Both the position numbers and the translations under genes were made by a program. From Candidatus Dadabacteria bacterium (GTDB lineage Bacteria > Desulfobacterota_D > UBA1144 > Nemesobacterales > CSP1-2), in contig PSLL01000023.1 of assembly GCA_040289575.1 (NCBI GenBank), positions 20,226-40,622 of the forward strand: 20,397 nucleotides of DNA, written 5' to 3'. This document shows positions 17,798-20,397 of this stretch, in pieces; within the stretch, counting starts at the first letter, position 1; the number at the start of each line of letters is the position of its first letter. The notes under the pieces were generated by a model. The model ran no database searches, had not been told where the DNA came from, and saw only the letters and a program-made list of their open reading frames with translations.

Positions 17798-18112
17798 TCA
17801 AAGCGTTCCAGTCTTTAATCTGAATCCAAACTCCCTCAGGCTCCCTACGAGAAACTGGTCTAAAAAAACAATTACCAAAAGAACTAAAATCGGGGATATG
17901 TCAATTCCGCCCAGAGGCGGTATAATCCTCTGCACATACCTGAGCACCGGATCTGTTGCCCTGTATAGAAAATTCACAATTGGGTTATATGGGTCGGGAC
18001 TTACCCAAGAGATTATAGCCCTTGCAACGATAATCAGCATATAAACATTGAGTAATAGATGAATCACCTGTGCAAGCGCCATAATGAGGTTCCCAAGAAC
18101 AGATATAGTCAT
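17798..18112 (-). CDS. yggT: YggT family membrane protein
   Basis: Y..II.ARA.ISWVSPDPYNPIV.FLY..T.P.L......IPP.GG.D.SPI motif. Confidence 0.95.
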   Translation of the reverse strand: MTISVLGNLIMALAQVIHLLLNVYMLIIVARAIISWVSPDPYNPIVNFLYRATDPVLRYVQRIIPPLGGIDISPILVLLVIVFLDQFLVGSLREFGFRLKTGTL

Positions 18113-18924
18113 CCTTTTTCCTCCTTGGATAGTTCTTTTGAACGCCTCGCCGCAGCCTCAACAGCCGAAATGATGATGCCCCTTAACCCGCGCACCTCAA
18201 TCTCTTTTATTCCTTCAATTGTCGTTCCCGAGGGAGAAGAGACTTTATCCTTGAGTTCCGCAGGATGAATCCCCGTCTCGAGCAACACGCGAGCCGTGCC
18301 GTAGACAGTCTGAGCCGCGAGTCTCATTGCCATATCCCTCGGAAGACCCATCTTTACTCCGCCGTCTGTAAGAGCCTCAATAAAGATAGCAACAAAGGCC
18401 GGACCGCTTCCGCTAAGACCGGTGACGGCATCAAGAAGCCCTTCGCTCTCAACAATATACGTAATTCCCACAGAGTCAAAAATCCTCTTTATATCTTCTC
18501 TCTCTTCTTGAGTTACGGAAGGAACACAGTAGAGAGTCGATGTTCCCGCAAGCACAAGCGCAGGGGTGTTGGGCATCACACGAACTAATTTGATCCTTTT
18601 ATCATCTCTCATTATAGAGGCTGTAGAAATCCCCGCCGCGACTGATATGAGAATCTTCTCAGAAGTCAAGTAATCGTTTATTTCATCCATAATCCTTCCG
18701 ATTAAATTCGGCTTTACGGCAAGCACAATGAAATCAGAGAACCTCATAACCTCCGGATTCTTTTGAGTGACATTAACACCGTAGAGCGAGGACATAAGAT
18801 TCAATCTCTCCTGTATGACATCGCTCATAATTATCCGGTCCTTCGTAAATAACCCAGATGAAAGAAGCCCTTTTACAAGGGCCTCAGCCATATTCCCCGC
18901 GCCTATAAAACCGATTTTTTTCAT
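18109..18924 (-). CDS. proC: Pyrroline-5-carboxylate reductase
   Basis: IGFIGAGNMA, LAVKP, ISVAAG, RVMPNTP, SGSGPA and V.SP.GTT motifs. Confidence 0.98.
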   Translation of the reverse strand: MKKIGFIGAGNMAEALVKGLLSSGLFTKDRIIMSDVIQERLNLMSSLYGVNVTQKNPEVMRFSDFIVLAVKPNLIGRIMDEINDYLTSEKILISVAAGISTASIMRDDKRIKLVRVMPNTPALVLAGTSTLYCVPSVTQEEREDIKRIFDSVGITYIVESEGLLDAVTGLSGSGPAFVAIFIEALTDGGVKMGLPRDMAMRLAAQTVYGTARVLLETGIHPAELKDKVSSPSGTTIEGIKEIEVRGLRGIIISAVEAAARRSKELSKEEKG

Positions 18925-18943
18925 ATACTTCTCCGATGTTACT

Positions 18944-18985
18944 ATCCCCGATTAAATCGGGGATCGTTTGTGTCAATTCGTGGCT
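18944..18985. repeat. Short palindrome plus dispersed-repeat motif between yggS and proC
   Basis: ATCCCCGATT-A-AATCGGGGAT palindrome (18944-64), followed by TTTGTGTCAATTCGTGGCT, which is similar to TTCGTGTTCATTCGTGGCT at 14683-14701. Confidence 0.5.
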
Positions 18986-18998
18986 GAAAATATTGCTT

Positions 18999-19685
18999 TT
19001 AAACCCTCGGTCCAAAAATCGCCGTTCCAATCCTTACAATCGTCGCCCCTTCTTCAATTGCGACCTCAAAATCCCCGCTCATTCCCATAGAAAGCTCTCT
19101 GAGTTTTGGAAATCTCTCTTGAAGTCTATCCCTTAATTCCCTTAATCTTCTGAAATACGGCCTTGCCATCTCAGGGTTATCAAAAAATGGGGGCATCGTC
19201 ATAAGCCCCTTTATTTCAATTCTATAAAACCTACTCAGCCCGGTTAAGAAATCGTCTACACGTCGGTATTCAATTCCGCCTTTTACCCTCTCTTCGCCTA
19301 TGTTCACTTCAATGAGAACCGGAACATTAGTCCCTACTTTCTCTGCTCTCCTATTTATCTCCTCGGCGATAGAAGTGTTATCGAGCGAATGAATAAGACT
19401 GATATTATCTAAATATTTCACCTTATTCCTCTGAAGGCGGCCTATAAAATGCCACTCGACCTTCCTCCCAATAGCCTTTTCAACAATGTCGTGTTTGTCT
19501 CTAAACTCCTGAGCATAGTTTTCTCCAAATGCATTGACCCCCAGATATGCGGCTTCGACAATCCTTTCTGCATTAACTCCCTTTGTCACCGCAACGAGAT
19601 TTATTTCTTCAACCTTTCTTCGGGCTGTAGAAGCCGCTTTTTCAATTCTCTCCCGAACCCTTTTTAGATTTTCGGATATACTCAT
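18999..19685 (-). CDS. yggS: PLP homeostasis protein YggS/PlsD (PROSC family)
   Basis: LVAVTK (PLP lysine), FGENYAQE, WHFIG.LQ.NK.K, GLMTM and LSMGMSGDF..AI.EGAT.VRIGT.IFG.R motifs. Confidence 0.98.
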   Translation of the reverse strand: MSISENLKRVRERIEKAASTARRKVEEINLVAVTKGVNAERIVEAAYLGVNAFGENYAQEFRDKHDIVEKAIGRKVEWHFIGRLQRNKVKYLDNISLIHSLDNTSIAEEINRRAEKVGTNVPVLIEVNIGEERVKGGIEYRRVDDFLTGLSRFYRIEIKGLMTMPPFFDNPEMARPYFRRLRELRDRLQERFPKLRELSMGMSGDFEVAIEEGATIVRIGTAIFGPRV

Positions 19686-20274
19686 CAAACAACTTTAAAA
19701 CCCCAAGTCTCGTAAGCACATCAACTACCTGCGCAAGGGAAAGTCCCACGACGTTTGTATAAGAGCCGTGTATCTCTTCAATCATAAATGCCCCAATGCC
19801 CTGCGCCCCGTATGCCCCGGCTTTATCCATAGGCTCTCCGGTTTTAATGTAACCTTCTATCTCCCAGGGCGCAAGTATCTTAATCTTGACTCTGCTCTCT
19901 GCGAATTTCCTGTATAAGATATCCGCCTTGGGCTTTATAATTGAAAACCCGGTAATTACCCTGTGCTCCTTTCCCGAAATCTTCTCGAGCATAGCCATTG
20001 CCTCCTTTTCATCTTTAGGTTTACCCAATATCTCTCCCTCTATTACGACAATCGTATCCGCTCCAATAACTACGGAGTCATCGCCTAAGTTTCTGGAAAC
20101 GCTCAGGGCCTTCTCGGCAGAGACCCTGAGTGCAAAATCCTCTGGGGATTCACCAGGGAGCGGAATTTCATCTATGAGGCTCGGTATGGTATCGAACTTT
20201 AATCCGAGTTTTTCGAGAAGCTCTTTTCTCCTGGGAGATGACGAAGCCAGGATTATTTTGGATGGTATCTTCAT
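19642..20274 (-). CDS. maf: Maf family nucleoside triphosphate pyrophosphatase (YhdE-type)
   Basis: IILASSSPRR, GADTIV, ILGKP, DKAGAYG.QG and SY.NVVGL motifs. Confidence 0.97.
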   Translation of the reverse strand: MKIPSKIILASSSPRRKELLEKLGLKFDTIPSLIDEIPLPGESPEDFALRVSAEKALSVSRNLGDDSVVIGADTIVVIEGEILGKPKDEKEAMAMLEKISGKEHRVITGFSIIKPKADILYRKFAESRVKIKILAPWEIEGYIKTGEPMDKAGAYGAQGIGAFMIEEIHGSYTNVVGLSLAQVVDVLTRLGVLKLFDEYIRKSKKGSGEN

Positions 20275-20358
20275 GATTTTGTCTCAATTTATATATACTA
20301 TACATACAAGTTAAATAAAACCCGCCTAATTTCCACTAATATAAAATGTGATAGGAAA

Positions 20359-20397
20359 TGCTCTATTGCAAAGATAATATATAACACGATAGAGGGG
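20359..20397 (+). mobile_element. Left end of a second copy of the MITE (or its parent IS), truncated by the window edge
   Basis: TGCTCTATTGCAAAGATAATATATAACACGATAGA matches 14439-14473 at 33/35 nt. Confidence 0.8.

Overview
A bacterial chromosomal window of moderately low GC, mostly housekeeping genes with accessory patches. From left to right it holds: (1) the 5' part of a type III-A CRISPR cas10/csm1 gene on the minus strand, broken by two frameshifts and a nonsense codon; (2) a BtrH-N/DUF4872-like cysteine-peptidase-fold gene coupled to a HAD phosphatase; (3) a nurA nuclease coupled to a stand-alone HAS-barrel protein with no herA alongside; (4) a secreted CBM plus glycoside-hydrolase-like lipoprotein carrying small inserted cysteine modules; (5) groES-groEL with a perfect CIRCE; (6) a YdbH/AsmA-like plus YdbL-like lipid-bridge pair; (7) a beta-CASP/MBL nuclease homologue that has lost most of its metal ligands; (8) a 152-bp MITE with terminal inverted repeats and a perfect 9-bp target duplication, with a second copy starting at the right edge; (9) yjbQ, an SDR and an archaeal-looking F420:NADP oxidoreductase; (10) a cold-shock gene flanked by two small Cys-rich ORFs; and (11) the maf-yggS-proC-yggT operon. 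Several genes appear to be leaderless. All family calls come from motif recognition by eye; no database searches were run.
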